In this document: in pieces, positions 39,326 through 52,990 of the stretch
How positions within the stretch are numbered: position 1 is the first letter of the stretch
Layout: each line of letters starts with the position of its first letter
DNA from: Octopus sinensis
Lineage: Eukaryota
Direction of reading: 5' to 3'
Length of the DNA stretch: 64,000 nucleotides
NCBI RefSeq assembly: GCF_006345805.1
Contig: NC_043000.1
Coordinates: 125,178,001-125,242,000 of the forward strand
Position numbers and translations under genes: made by a program
The notes under the pieces: model-generated
Told to the model about the DNA's origin: nothing
The model's input: only the letters and a program-made list of their open reading frames with translations
Database searches by the model: none

Positions 39326-39887
39326 ACAAGTTCAGTTCTTTCTTATCAGAATGGTGAGAGTGAGTTTTCCGAGCTGCTGCACCTTCGTAATCACCATTAG
39401 ACTTCAACTCTTTCCGAATCTCTGCACTGTACTCAAATTGAGACCCAAACTCTCTGAAAGGTTCATATTGGAGCCTCCAGCATGGATGACAAGAAGTACT
39501 GCATGCTGTTTCCAAATTTCTGGCAGAGTGAATAGCATCATGGTGCTGTTTTTCTCACAGAGGGTGTCTAACTAATCCTACCTTACTGTGTAGCTGACAA
39601 AATTGAAAACATACAATGCACATGCATAAAATTAAAATTATATAATAGCACCAATTTACTTATCACACCCTGTATGTATACATACACATATATATATAAC
39701 ATACATATAAGAGGGATGACCACTAAGTGGATATCCATTATGCTAGAAGTCGACCCCCTATGGTCTTACCTATTTCTTTACTACCCACAAGGGGCTAAAC
39801 ACAGAGCGAACAAACAAGGACAGACAAGTGGATTAAGTCGATTATATCGACCCCAGTGCGTAACTGGTACTTATTTAATCAACCCCA

Positions 39888-40305
39888 ACTCTTACTCTTT
39901 TACTGGTTTCAGTCATTTGACTGCAGCTATGCTGGAGCACTGCCTTTAGTCGAGCAAAACGATCCCAGCACTTATTCTTTGTAAGCCTAGTACTTATTCT
40001 ATCAGTCTCTTTTGCCGGACCGCTAAGTTACAAGGATGTAGACACCACACCAGCATCAGTTGTCAAGCAATGTTGGGGGGGACAAACACAGACAGACAAA
40101 CATATACACACACATACATATATATACATATGCATATATATGATGGGCTTCTTTCAGTTTCTGTCTACCAAATCCACTCACAAGGCTTTGGTCGGCCCGA
40201 GGCCATAGTAGAAGACTCTTGCTGAAGGTGCCAGTCAGTGGGACTGAACCTGGAACCATGTGGTTGGTAAGCAAGCTACTTACCACAAAGCCACTCCTGC
40301 GCCTA
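39888..40305 (-). mobile_element. SINE family A (adjacent to SINE B tail at 39770-39887)
   Basis: Collinear with 8531-8946. Confidence 0.88.
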
Positions 40306-40306
40306 T

Positions 40307-40359
<53 letters not shown>

Positions 40360-40566
40360 ATATATATACATACATACATATATATATATATTTATATATA
40401 TATGTATGTGTGCTTATATATATGTATATATATGTATATATATATACATCATATATATATATATATACATATATATACATATATATATATATTATATATA
40501 TATATATATGTGTGCTTATATATATGTATATATATGTATATACATACATATATATATATATATATA

Positions 40567-40781
40567 CTTTATATAATTAAGGGCTCAGTAAAATAATTTA
40601 CTTTGCCACATACTGAAATTTTTAGAAATAGCAGCTAAAAAGTTTCTTTAGCCATTTCTACTACTTTAAGAAGAATCTCCCTGATAGTAGAAATGGCTAA
40701 AGAAACTTTTTGGCTGCTATTTCTAAAAATTTCAGTATGTGGCAAAGTAAATTATTTTACTGAGCCCTTAATTATATAAAG
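40567..40781. repeat. Near-perfect ~95-bp-arm foldback between TA tracts
   Basis: ctttatataattaagggctcag...gccatttctacta / tagtagaaatggc...ctgagcccttaattatataaag. Confidence 0.9.
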
Positions 40782-41777
40782 TAATATTTTGAATACGCCT
40801 TGAACGGTCCTTTTACATACTGAACACTACTTGGTGAAATTAATTAATAACTAATTGATTTTACCCTTAATTATTGATAATTTATATATATATATATATA
40901 AAGGAAATGAAGAAAATGCTGACAAAATAATTTAAGGGAGAGTGTATTTAATTAGGTGAAAGTTCTTTTTACCGGTTGTGCATTTGTTATGCTTATCAAA
41001 AGATATTTTGAGTGAGATAGAGTTCCTTTCTGATTGATTTTTTTCTCTTATCTGACTTTATGTTGGGTTTGCTGTCTCTTATATGTGAAAAAAGAGGCTC
41101 CAGAGTTGTTTAAGATTTGCTTGGTTTCGCGCCTAAAATTTCTTGTGGACAATGGTCAATACAATTTTGATTGGTCATTATAAAGGGGTCATGTGAATGT
41201 TTGAATGGAAGTTGGTGTTGGGGTAAGAAAATAGGCTCCAGAGATGTTAAAATTTGGCTAGTATCTCACCTAAAATTTCTTATTGGTCATAATAAAGAGG
41301 TCACGTGAATGTGGTCATAATAGAGAGGTCACATGAATGTTTAGAATGAATGTTGGTGTGGGTGGTGTATGGAGTTTTCGAAAATAGTGTTGTTGAAAAT
41401 TCTTATTGTTCAGGCTGGTCAGTAGACGTCATGTGGATATTTTGAATAGCTTTTTAGTGCGTAGTTAAGGAGTGTATTTTCCACTTGACTGAATTTGAGC
41501 TGGAAAAGTAAGTTCGTTCAGGACAGGAAGCGCTATATGTATGTATGTGTGCGCGCGCGTGTGTGTGTGTGTGTGTGTGTGTGTGTTTATATGTATGTTG
41601 GGGCGCGCGTGCGTGTATATATGTGTGCGTGTGTGGGTACAATTTTCAATATTTATAACACTCTCCCTTACTTAAATTATTTTGTCAGCATTTTCTTCAT
41701 TTCCTTTTTTTATATATCACAACTCGTGTTCCACATCTCTTTTTTTCAATATCATATCCCCGCACGAGATACAGAAA

Positions 41778-43073
41778 ATGCCTACAAAAACAGAAACCAC
41801 CCTAATCAACTTAAACGAAGAAATCCTACAGGAACTCAAAAACATCAACACCAACCTCTCTGTACTAGTCAACAAATTGGACTCCACTAATGAGGAAACC
41901 ATTACCGGACACAAACCCTCCGAAATCGGCGATAAGCTACAAACTCTGTGTGATACAATCCACACCTTTTTCACCACCACCAACCCAGCCAAAAACAAAG
42001 AAGAACCATGTCAAATTGATTCATACAAACTGAAAAATCGTATAATCCCAGAATGGAACAAATCCCTCAGAGACAGAAAGTTCTCCTTCTGGAAAATGAT
42101 TAGAAACAACAACAAGGCCGAGATATACGAAAAATGGATGAACTCTACCCCTCTAACTCTTCCCCGCAAAATACAATTAAAAGCCATTCCCAATGAACCT
42201 GAACCTCAAAGACGACTTAGGGAAAGAATGGCATTAGAGAGACTGAAAACAGAGATTGAACTTCTCAAATTAAGGGCCCAAACAAATGAGGAAAGAGTCA
42301 AAACAATCGATGAAGAGATCCTCCTCATAATAAATAACAGGGCCGAAAGACTCCACATAGAGAAGATCTCCAATTTATGGAAAGATGACTGCAACAAAGA
42401 GGAACTAAAATCCCTACAACGCTGGGAAAAAAGTGCCACCTGGTTCCTAAACTATGAATCGACTTTCAAAACGGATTACTCTTCCAATAACCCGTTCATA
42501 AAAATGGGAAAACCAGGAACCCAACCACACAACTACTCCGCCAACCCTCCAACCTCGAACAAAAGAAGGAAACAGCATATTGAAGATGTACCTTCTTACC
42601 CCACGTCCATAAGGAGGAACAAGAACCCTGGAAACCCTCACCACCAGAATTACATTAACGAATTTCCCCCTTCAAGGAGACACTATACACAACAACTCAA
42701 CAACTACTCGAATACCTTATTAACAAATAAAAGAGGATTCCACTACCAGGATAGACACAACAACATCCACACCACGAGGGGACAACAAGGTAATTTTCAC
42801 TTTCTCAACTCTCACAATACACAACAAGCCCATACCACTCGATACAAGCACCCACGTAGGTCACTCATATCACCACAATCCAACATGACACAAAGAAACA
42901 CACACCAACACCCGCAATACAGGAACACCCCATTCTATCCACAACCACGAACCCGAACCATATTTCACAACAAGGAATATAACAAACACACAGGACCTCT
43001 TATCACCAACAGACAACCCCTCTACCCCAACCATTTTTTAGACACAGCACACAGATACAGGCAAACAAAATAA
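41778..43073 (+). CDS. PLE ORF1, 431 aa; putative coiled-coil N-half and N/Q/H/R/P-rich disordered C-half
   Basis: Uninterrupted ORF from ATG 41778; heptad-like LINLNEEILQELKNINTNLSVLVNKL and RERMALERLKTEIELLKLRAQTNEERVKTIDEEI. Confidence 0.75.
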   Translation: MPTKTETTLINLNEEILQELKNINTNLSVLVNKLDSTNEETITGHKPSEIGDKLQTLCDTIHTFFTTTNPAKNKEEPCQIDSYKLKNRIIPEWNKSLRDRKFSFWKMIRNNNKAEIYEKWMNSTPLTLPRKIQLKAIPNEPEPQRRLRERMALERLKTEIELLKLRAQTNEERVKTIDEEILLIINNRAERLHIEKISNLWKDDCNKEELKSLQRWEKSATWFLNYESTFKTDYSSNNPFIKMGKPGTQPHNYSANPPTSNKRRKQHIEDVPSYPTSIRRNKNPGNPHHQNYINEFPPSRRHYTQQLNNYSNTLLTNKRGFHYQDRHNNIHTTRGQQGNFHFLNSHNTQQAHTTRYKHPRRSLISPQSNMTQRNTHQHPQYRNTPFYPQPRTRTIFHNKEYNKHTGPLITNRQPLYPNHFLDTAHRYRQTK

Positions 43074-45318
43074 CACAGGACAGGGAAGAGAAACAGAAAC
43101 TAATTAAAGTCATCAATTTAACCAATACAGAACCCAACCCCAACCTTCTCAACTTACTCTCCAAAGGTCTTAAATTCACCCCCCCCCCACGTCCAAACTA
43201 CTACGAAATGAAGGAAGACATTACAGAATTTTGTAGAAAATTACGACTTAGTGAGGAACTATTCGACCAGCACAATGAGGATGAGTCACTAGCTAGAAAT
43301 AAAAGCAACTGCACCCCACCAAAAGGTAGAAATAAAATCCTAGACGAATTCTGTGAGCACATTACAAACTTCCCCTACCAACACTTACACAAACCAAAAC
43401 CCAAACCAAACCTCAACAAGAAAGAGTGGGAAGAATTAAACAAATTAAAAAATGAAAGATCTATCACCATTAAAGAGGCCGATAAAGGAAGTGCAGTAGT
43501 CTTAATGGAGACAGAATACTATATCAACTTAGCACTCTCCACCTTGGAAAATGGAACATATCACGAAAAGGCTGAACACTACAATCAACAGAAAATTATG
43601 AGAAACTTAAAAACCTTGATCAACCCCCACAAAGAAGAACTCACTAACAAAGAATTCAACTTCATCACAAATTTCACTAGTAAAAAAGCGAATTAATAAG
43701 TAAGGCATGCAAGGAAGCCACAAACTCTGTAATAAATGCCCCCTCACCAAATGACCTCAAATTGAGACCTATAATAGCAGGTCCCGCTTGCAAAACCCAC
43801 CGCCTTAGCAACTTCATTGATACCCTTCTCAAGCCCTTCCTCAAACACATTAAAAGCTACATAAGGGACGATCTAGATATGCTCAACCACCTCCCCAATA
43901 CACTTCTTGCTGAACAAACCCTGCTAGTAACATTCGATGTAGTTAATCTTTACTCCAACATCCCCCACAACCTAGGAATAGAAGCTATCCAATTCTGGCT
44001 GGATAATTACTCCAACGAACTCCCACACCACATCAAAAAGGAATTTATTTTAGAAGGACTCAAATTCATCTTAGAGAATAATTTCTTCACCTTCAACAAC
44101 AAATTCTACAGACAGAAATCAGGGACGGCAATGGGAACGAAAACAGCTCCCACTTACGCCAACCTAGTCATGGGATACCTGGAAATCACCCTCTAAAATA
44201 ACGTTCTTAACCAATTTGGCACCACTCTCCACACACACATAGAGAAGAACTGGAAGAGATATCTTGATGACTGCTTCATCCTTTGGCCCGAAACCATCGA
44301 GAAGCTTAAAGAATTTCACACCCTTATAAATGGGCTCAACACAAACATTGTTTTCACAATGGAATACAGACCTCAACAAATTCCCTTCCTCGACATCCTC
44401 ATTAAAATTCACAACAAAAAAATAGAAACAGACATATACTACAAGCCCACAGACTCCAAGCAATACCTCCCTTTCAATTCATGCCACCCTAGGCACGTTA
44501 AAATTAACATTCCCTACAACTTAGCCAAGAGAATTTGCACTATAGTCTCCAATAAAAACACCCGTCTCTTACGTCTACAAGAACTTAAGGACACATTAAC
44601 AAGCAGGGATTACCCCACGTCACTAATTGACAATGGGATCCAACGCGCCCTAAAACTCAGCACACAGGAACTTAGACGCCCTAAACCTGTTACATCGAAA
44701 CCCCATACTCTACCATACATCTCTACACACAACCCCCTCAACAATGAAGCTTTTGACACCATCCTCCAGAACATTCCTGTATTAAAAAAGGATCATAGAA
44801 TGAACCAAATCCTCCTAACACACGAAATCATAAAGAGCAAAAGGCAACCCGAATCATTGAAAACCATCCTAACAAATGCCAAAGTACTGCCAACCACAAC
44901 AACTAAACCCACAGTAAACAAATGCAATAGACCCAACTGTGGTATATGCATCAACCTAATAGAAGGTCCAGAATTCCTTTTTAAACAAGGACGTTTCACA
45001 GTAAAACACAACTTCACATGCGCATCAGAAAACCTAGTATATGTCTTAACTTGCTCGGGCTGTAATGAACACTACATGGGCCAAACTAAAAATAGCCTCC
45101 GCCAACGGATGACTGTCCACAGATCCCAAATAAAAATACAGGAATACAGAAAAATAGCACTTAGTGCACATATTGATACCTGTGCCGCACAACTTCATCC
45201 CAATTTTAGAATCTTTCCCCACTACAAATTTAAAGACAATGCCACTCATACCCAGCGAATAACCATGGAATCCCACCTCATTAATTAATACAGACCACTT
45301 CTAAACACATTCCCCTAA
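43040..45318 (+). pseudogene. PLE reverse transcriptase + GIY-YIG endonuclease, inactivated
   Basis: VINL..LLSKGLKFTP, ITIKEADKGSAVV, LRPIIAG, FDVVNLYSNIP, YRQKSGTAMGT, WKRYLDD (YLDD 44260-44271), IPFLD, YYKPTD, CNRPNCGIC linker, NLVYVLTCSGCNEHYMGQT; lesions: frameshifting deletion near 43685 removing the YGLPKIHK motif, TAA at 44194 and 45286. Confidence 0.93.
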
Positions 45319-46331
45319 CACGAACCCACAACAAACACACTTACACCTGCACACACCCTACACACACTTTTACCCAGATATTAACACCATGACACACGCA
45401 AATATATGGTTCCACACATACACATAATTTGATACGGGTGCAAAACATCCAACACTATTTTTTGGAAATGACTGTAAATATTGACTTCACACAAACACAT
45501 TGCTTCCCGATACAGGCACAAGGCCAGCAGAACTATAAATATTGAAAATTGTACCCAAACACGCACACATATATACATGCGCGCGCGCCCCAACATACAT
45601 ATAAACACACACACATGCGCGCGCGCGCACACACACACACACATACATACATATAGCTTTTCCTGTCCTAAACGAACTTACTTTTCCAGCTCAAATTCAG
45701 TCAAGCGGAAAATACACTCCTTAACTAGGCACTAAAAAGCTATTCAAAATATCCACATGACGTTTACTGACCAGCCTGAACAATAAGAATTTTCAACAAC
45801 GCTATTTTCGAAAACTCCATACACCACCCACATCAACATTCATTCTAAACATTCACGTGACCTCTCTATTATGACCACATTCACGTGACCTCTTTATTAT
45901 GACCAATAAGAAATTTTAGGTGAGATACTAGCCAAATTTTAACATCTCTGGAGCCTATTTTCTTACCCCAACACCAACTTCCATTCAAACATTCACGTGA
46001 CCCCTTTATAATGACCAATCAAAATTGTATTGACCATTGTCCACAAGAAATTTTAGGCGCGAAACCAAGCAAATCTTAAACAACTCTGGAGCCTCTTTTT
46101 TCACATATAAGAGACAGCAAACCCAACATAAAGTCAGATAAGAGAAAAAAATCAATCAGAAAGGAACTCTATCGCACTCAAAATATCTTTTGATAAGCAT
46201 AACAAATGCGCAACCGGTAAAAAGAACTTTCACCTAATTAAATACACTCTCCCTTACTTAAATTATTTTGTCAGCATTTTCTTCATTTCCTTTTTTTATA
46301 TATCACAACTCGTGTTCCACATCTCCTTTTT

Positions 46332-46444
<113 letters not shown>

Positions 46445-46871
46445 TCATATATATATATATATATATACACATATATATCATGAAGTAGAGGTATAGCTTT
46501 TTGCTTGGAAATGCTTTCCAACCACAGTTTTATTTTCAGTACCACTGTGTGATGTCTTTAGTAATTGTCTTCGACGTCAGCCTTGGGCCAAATGATACAA
46601 ACATACATACATACACACATGCAGACATGTTTGTGCATGTGTGTGTATGTGTTTGCTTGTGTTGACATCATGAGATAGTTGCAAACAAGGACCACCATCT
46701 TACAGGTGGTGCCACTCATTTCCAATCTTCCACGGAATCATGTCCAGGCATGAGGAAATATTACCTTGCTTCGAAACAAGTGAAAGTTGGTGACAGGAAA
46801 GGTATATGGCTGCAGAAAATGTGCTGCCACAAATTCTATCTGATCCATGGAAGCATGGAAAAGTGGATGCA

Positions 46872-46873
46872 AA

Positions 46874-46905
<32 letters not shown>

Positions 46906-47217
46906 CGATGATGATGATGATGGTGATGACGACAATGATGAGGATGATGACGATGACAATGATGAGGATGATGATGATGATGATGATGATGACGATGATG
47001 ATGATGATGGTGATGACGACAATGATGAGGATGATGACGATGACAATGATGAGGATGATGACGACGACAACAATGATGACAATGATGAGGATGATGAGGA
47101 TGATGATGATGATGGTGATGACGATAATGAGGAGGAGGATGATGATGATGGAGATGATAACAATGACAATGATAATGATGACAACGATGATGATGTTGAT
47201 GATGATGATAATGATGA
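46872..47217. repeat. Expanded (GAT)n-type tail of a SINE/RTE 3' end with an 87-bp higher-order duplication
   Basis: ggtgatgacgacaatgatgag recurs at 46922 and 47009. Confidence 0.85.
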
Positions 47218-48815
47218 ATGTTGGCTGTTAATTGAAAGTCAGGTTATATACTCTTTCTTAACTTTTCAATAACAAGGTAAGCACATCAAAATGAAAGTAG
47301 ATCTTCAAAGATTCTGAAAATTCCCATCAGGATTTGCTTAATCCATTGGTATTACACTATATTAAATCACGTACAGTGGAATAAGATAATTATTAGAGTA
47401 ACCTAACATCATCATCATCATTGTTTAACGTCTGTTTTCGATGCTGGCATGGGTTGGGCAGTTTGATGGGGTCCAATGGGCAGTGTCAGGCTCTGATGTC
47501 AGATTTGACATGGTCTTTACAGCTGGATGCCTCAGCTAATGCTAACCCCTTTGCTGTGTGTACTGGGAGCAGATTTCAAGACCCCAGCACTAGTGAGTTC
47601 ACTTAGTAAATAACAAGACAAAACAAAGAAAGGGAAAGGTAAAGTTAAAGGGGGAAAACCCTTCAACTGAAGGAGAAAGCATATGAGAGAGGGGAGGTCT
47701 CTAAGCCATTTGTTGAGAGGTTAAAATACGACAGAGGGACAAGCACAGATGTCTGCTATGGAGGAGATGCATGGCTGTACTAAAGCTTCTTTACTAAATC
47801 TAAAAGCTATATTGTCTCACTAAGTAATGTAATTAAGAGATTACGTGAACAAAGACGCATTTACTTGAATGATTATCAGCTGTTTTCTTCTAAAGTTTTC
47901 TTCTAAAGTTAGATGATCTCTAACAAGATCTTACAATGCTTAAGATGGTGCCATCTGTTCAATAATCATGTAGTATTTGTTGCCAAGATTTTGGAATATA
48001 TTCTGCAGGTTTCATTGCCCGGACAAGACTGCACATGTTTGAAACATAAATATAACCATGGTAGTGTAAGAAAGTGGATGTTTAACAACAATGATGAGGA
48101 AGATGAGTGGGAGGAAGTGGTTGTTTTGGTGGTTGTCGTGGTGATATGGCCAATTCTAAAATGACTATGTTTCACTTGTGTACCAGTGTACCAGTGATTT
48201 TATTAACTAAAAGTGGATTGCCACTGACCTTCACCTCCACCCACCCCCACACACACATATACGTTAATGTCTGTTTTTATGTATATTTATATATACACAT
48301 GTGGAGGCACGTGGCTAAGTAGTTAGGGTGTCAGCATCATGATCGTAAGATTGTGGTTTCGATTCATGGACCAGGCGATGTGTTGTGTTCTTGAGCAAAA
48401 CACTTCATTTCACATTGCTCTAGCCCACTCAGCTGGCAAAAATGAGTAACACTGCAATGGACTGGTGTCCTGTCCAGCTGGGGAATACATATGCCATAGA
48501 AACCGGGGAAACTGAGCCCATGAGCCTGGCTAGGCTTTAAAAGGGTGTATTTATATATTTTTTATACATACACATATAAGCAGTCAAACAATAAATTAAA
48601 GGATCATTGAATAACTTTCATTAGTGTAGCATATACATTTTAGAATAACGTATGCATTTACACAGAAAAGGTTGAGATTTACTTCAAAATTTCTGCCATA
48701 TTTCTTTGTAGTCTAATGTATATTATACATACATATATATCATCATCATATATATGTGTTTGTGTATGTGTGTGCATGTGAGTATGTGAGTATGTGTATG
48801 TGTATGTATGTATAT

Positions 48816-49517
<702 letters not shown>

Positions 49518-49537
49518 ATATATATATACATATATAT

Positions 49538-49764
49538 ACTCTTTACTCTTTTACCTGTTTCAGTCATTTGACTGTGGCCATGCTGGAGCACTGCCTATAG
49601 TCGAGCAAATGAACCCCAGAACTTATTCTTTGTAAGCCTAGTACTTATTCTATGAGTCTCTTTTGCTGAACCACTAAGTTACAGGGACGTAAGCACACCA
49701 GCATCGGTTGTGAAGCGATGTTGGGGGAACAAACACAGACACACACACACATATATATGTATGT

Positions 49765-49810
<46 letters not shown>

Positions 49811-49969
49811 CATATGACAGGCTTCTTTCAGTTTCCATCTACCAAATCCACTCACAAGGCTTTGGTTGGCCCGAGGCTATAGCAGAAGACACTTGCCCAA
49901 GGTGCCATGCAGTGAGACTGAACCTAGAACCATGTGGTTGGTAAGCAAGCTACTCACCACACAGCCACT

Positions 49970-49972
<3 letters not shown>
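49538..49972 (-). mobile_element. SINE family A
   Basis: Collinear with 8531-8946. Confidence 0.88.
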
Positions 49973-49989
<17 letters not shown>

Positions 49990-50008
<19 letters not shown>

Positions 50009-50380
50009 GCATATATACATACATACATGCATGCACATACCTACATATAGATGTACATATACATGCTTGAACAACATGAAAACGTGAACAACATGAAAAA
50101 CGAGAGCATAAAAAGCAAAAACACGGAAACGAACTTTTTTTTTTCGAACAATGCAAGAAACAGAAAACTGAGACAGGCAACACAAAGAATAATCCTTTTA
50201 TGTTCTTTATGTTGCCTGTCTCGTTTTTCTGTTTGTTTCTTTCGTTGTTCAAAAAAAAGTTTTCTATGTTTTTGTTTTTCATGTTGTTCACGTTTTTTTT
50301 ACATCCTGTACCCATATGCATGTGCATATACATATATATGTAGGTATGTACACGTATGTATGTATATATGCATATATATA
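49990..50380. repeat. Foldback element (~190-bp diverged arms)
   Basis: aacgtgaacaacatgaaaaac...gagacaggcaaca / tgttgcctgtctc...gtttttcatgttgttcacgtt. Confidence 0.75.
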
Positions 50381-50440
50381 AGAATTAGATTCTTCTAGTA
50401 CCTCGAAAATTTAATATACAATTATTCATAATTGTAGTGT

Positions 50441-50531
50441 CCTACGCTGATGAGAAAAGAAGTTGGGTAAGACATAATTATCTAATTCTTATGCTTTCCT
50501 AGAACTTAATTTCGAAACGTACGCCCGTAGG
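50441..50531 (+). ncRNA. Type I hammerhead motif with long stem-loop II; cleavage triplet mutated (GCC)
   Basis: cctacg CTGATGA gaaa.aagtt...aactt.tttc GAAA cgtacg CC cgtagg. Confidence 0.65.
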
Positions 50532-50923
50532 TGACTTAAAGTTGTATGATGGATTGCCGTCATTTCTTTCTCTCTTGCCTGTCTGTGTTTGCCTTTCAAG
50601 TGCTGTGGTTTTACTGAGATCTCCCTTTTAGTAGAAAGAATAGCTATAACTCTTTGACTGCTATTTCTAAATTCGGTGTGTGGTGAGGCAAGTCGTTGCT
50701 AAACCCTTAATTACTTAGTATTACTATGCATATATATATATATATGTGTGTGTCCAATAACACTATACTTGTCCCACATCCTCACATTGTTGTGTTTTCT
50801 CTTTGTGTTTTCATGTTTGGATTAACTATATATATTATTTATATTATTATATGTGAACGCCACACATCTGTTTCCAGGTACATATATATGTACATTTATA
50901 TATGCATATATATATATATATAT

Positions 50924-50957
<34 letters not shown>

Positions 50958-50994
50958 ATATATATAATATATGTATATGTATGTATGTATGTAT

Positions 50995-51031
<37 letters not shown>

Positions 51032-51032
51032 C

Positions 51033-51348
51033 TGAGTAACGAAGATGTACAGGCATCAATTCATTATGGCTGTTTCAAATGACTCCTTTAATTAATTAAT
51101 GAAAACATTGCTTCATTTGAAAGAAATCATTCTTGACTTCAAACATAAAGGATACGACCATTTCCTTAACGTATTCACATCAATAATGGAACTCAAAATA
51201 CTAGCATTGTTTCTTTTGTCATATCTGTGGCAAAAGAAACAATGTAAATATTTTGAGTTCCATTATTGGTGTTAATATTTAAGGAAATGTTAAAGGAGTC
51301 GCTTGAGATACCTGTAATGAATTGACACTTGTACGCCTTTGTTACTCA
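51033..51348. repeat. Nested foldback element after a TA tract
   Basis: tgagtaac...gactccttt / aaaggagtc...gttactca with inner arms aataatggaactcaaaata...cattgtttcttttg / caaaagaaacaatg...tattttgagttccattatt. Confidence 0.75.
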
Positions 51349-51619
51349 TTCATATTTTATTCTGGAATCTGCACTTCGGAAATACTATAGAAAGTACCTT
51401 CATAAAAAGTACATCTCTGAATTTCTAAGAGCAGATATCTTCCTTTAGCTGGGTTGCATTTTCTGCACACATGGTAGGAATATCAGGTACAAAGACCCCT
51501 GCATGGAATCTGGATATTCAATATTCAATAAATATTGTTTGGGTGTGTGGATTATACTGACCAAGTAAGGTGCCTCAATTTAAGTACCTAATTCAATGGA
51601 ATCTTAATTATATATATAT

Positions 51620-52357
51620 TGGACCTCATAGAAGCAAAGTGGCCAAGTTCCTTTTGAGTGTTGGGCCTCACAGAGGCAAAGTGGTTGAGTTCCTTTCAAG
51701 CATTGGGCCTAACTGAGGTAATGACTGAGGCCTTTGACATTATATCATGCTTGAGAAGAAGACCTATCAAGCTGAGCAAAATCACAGTCATGACAGATAC
51801 CGGTGTCACACAAATGGCACCTGTGCCAGTGGTACGTAAAAGCATCCATTACACTCTTGGAGAGATAGGCATTAGGAAGGGCGTCCAGCCATAGAAAACC
51901 ATACCAGAACAGACTGGAGTCTGGTGCAGTCTCCCAGCTTACCAGCCCTGGTCAAACCATCCAACTCATACCAGCATGGACAACAGACGTTAAATGATGA
52001 TGATGATACATATGTGTGTGTGTGTATATGTGTGTGCGTGTGTGTGTATATATATATATATATGCCAGCACTGCCTTGGCTGGCTTCCATACTGGTGGCA
52101 TGTAAAAAGCATCAACCGATCATGGCCGTTGCCAGCCTCCTCTGACCCCTGTGCCAGTGGCACGTAAAAAGCACCCACTACACTCACGGAGTGGTTGGCA
52201 TTAGGAAGAATATCCAGCCATAGAAAACCACACCAAAACAGGCTGGAGTCTGGTGCAGCCTCCCAGCTTATCAGCCCTGGTCAAACCATCCAACCATTGC
52301 TAGCATAGAAAACAGATGTTAAATGATGATGATGACGATGATGATGGTGATGATGAT
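51620..52357 (+). mobile_element. Two RTE 3' ends with (GAT)n tails
   Basis: ~51620-52007 and ~52064-52357. Confidence 0.75.
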
Positions 52358-52362
52358 ATATG

Positions 52363-52395
<33 letters not shown>

Positions 52396-52411
52396 ATGTG
52401 TGTGTATAAAC

Positions 52412-52453
<42 letters not shown>

Positions 52454-52455
52454 AC

Positions 52456-52530
<75 letters not shown>

Positions 52531-52990
52531 GTATATATATATGTATATATATATATATGTATATATATATATACACACACACATATACATGCCTGTATGT
52601 TCCTATATGGAAAAGCAATTGATCATTTAATTCAAGAATTGCTCGATATTCTTTTATTAATTTTTACAAAGGAAAGGTTGACTGACTTCAAAGGTTTAGA
52701 TATCATCAGACTTCAAAATTATTACCAGCTTTTTCCTCATAAAAATCTGTGTGTGTGTGTGCACAAGCAGCATATGTTAGAAAAAATAATCTAAAATATA
52801 TCTCGAACAGTTAAACTATAGTTTGTAATGCTCATGTAGCGGAAAGTAAACAAATGCCAACACATCTTGTAATTTTCTTTGCAAACGAGAAAATATGGAG
52901 ATTGCCCTGTCATGTATAATGGCAATTTCACCAGACCTTAAAAAGGACCAATACTTCCTTGGCCTTTTGCATACAAAGTAAACTTTATAG

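Noticed and set aside
40901-46292. Long inverted repeats read as DNA-transposon or Polinton TIRs
   Set aside because: The interior encodes PLE RT/GIY-YIG and the direct pLTR remnant shows the typical Penelope 5' inversion
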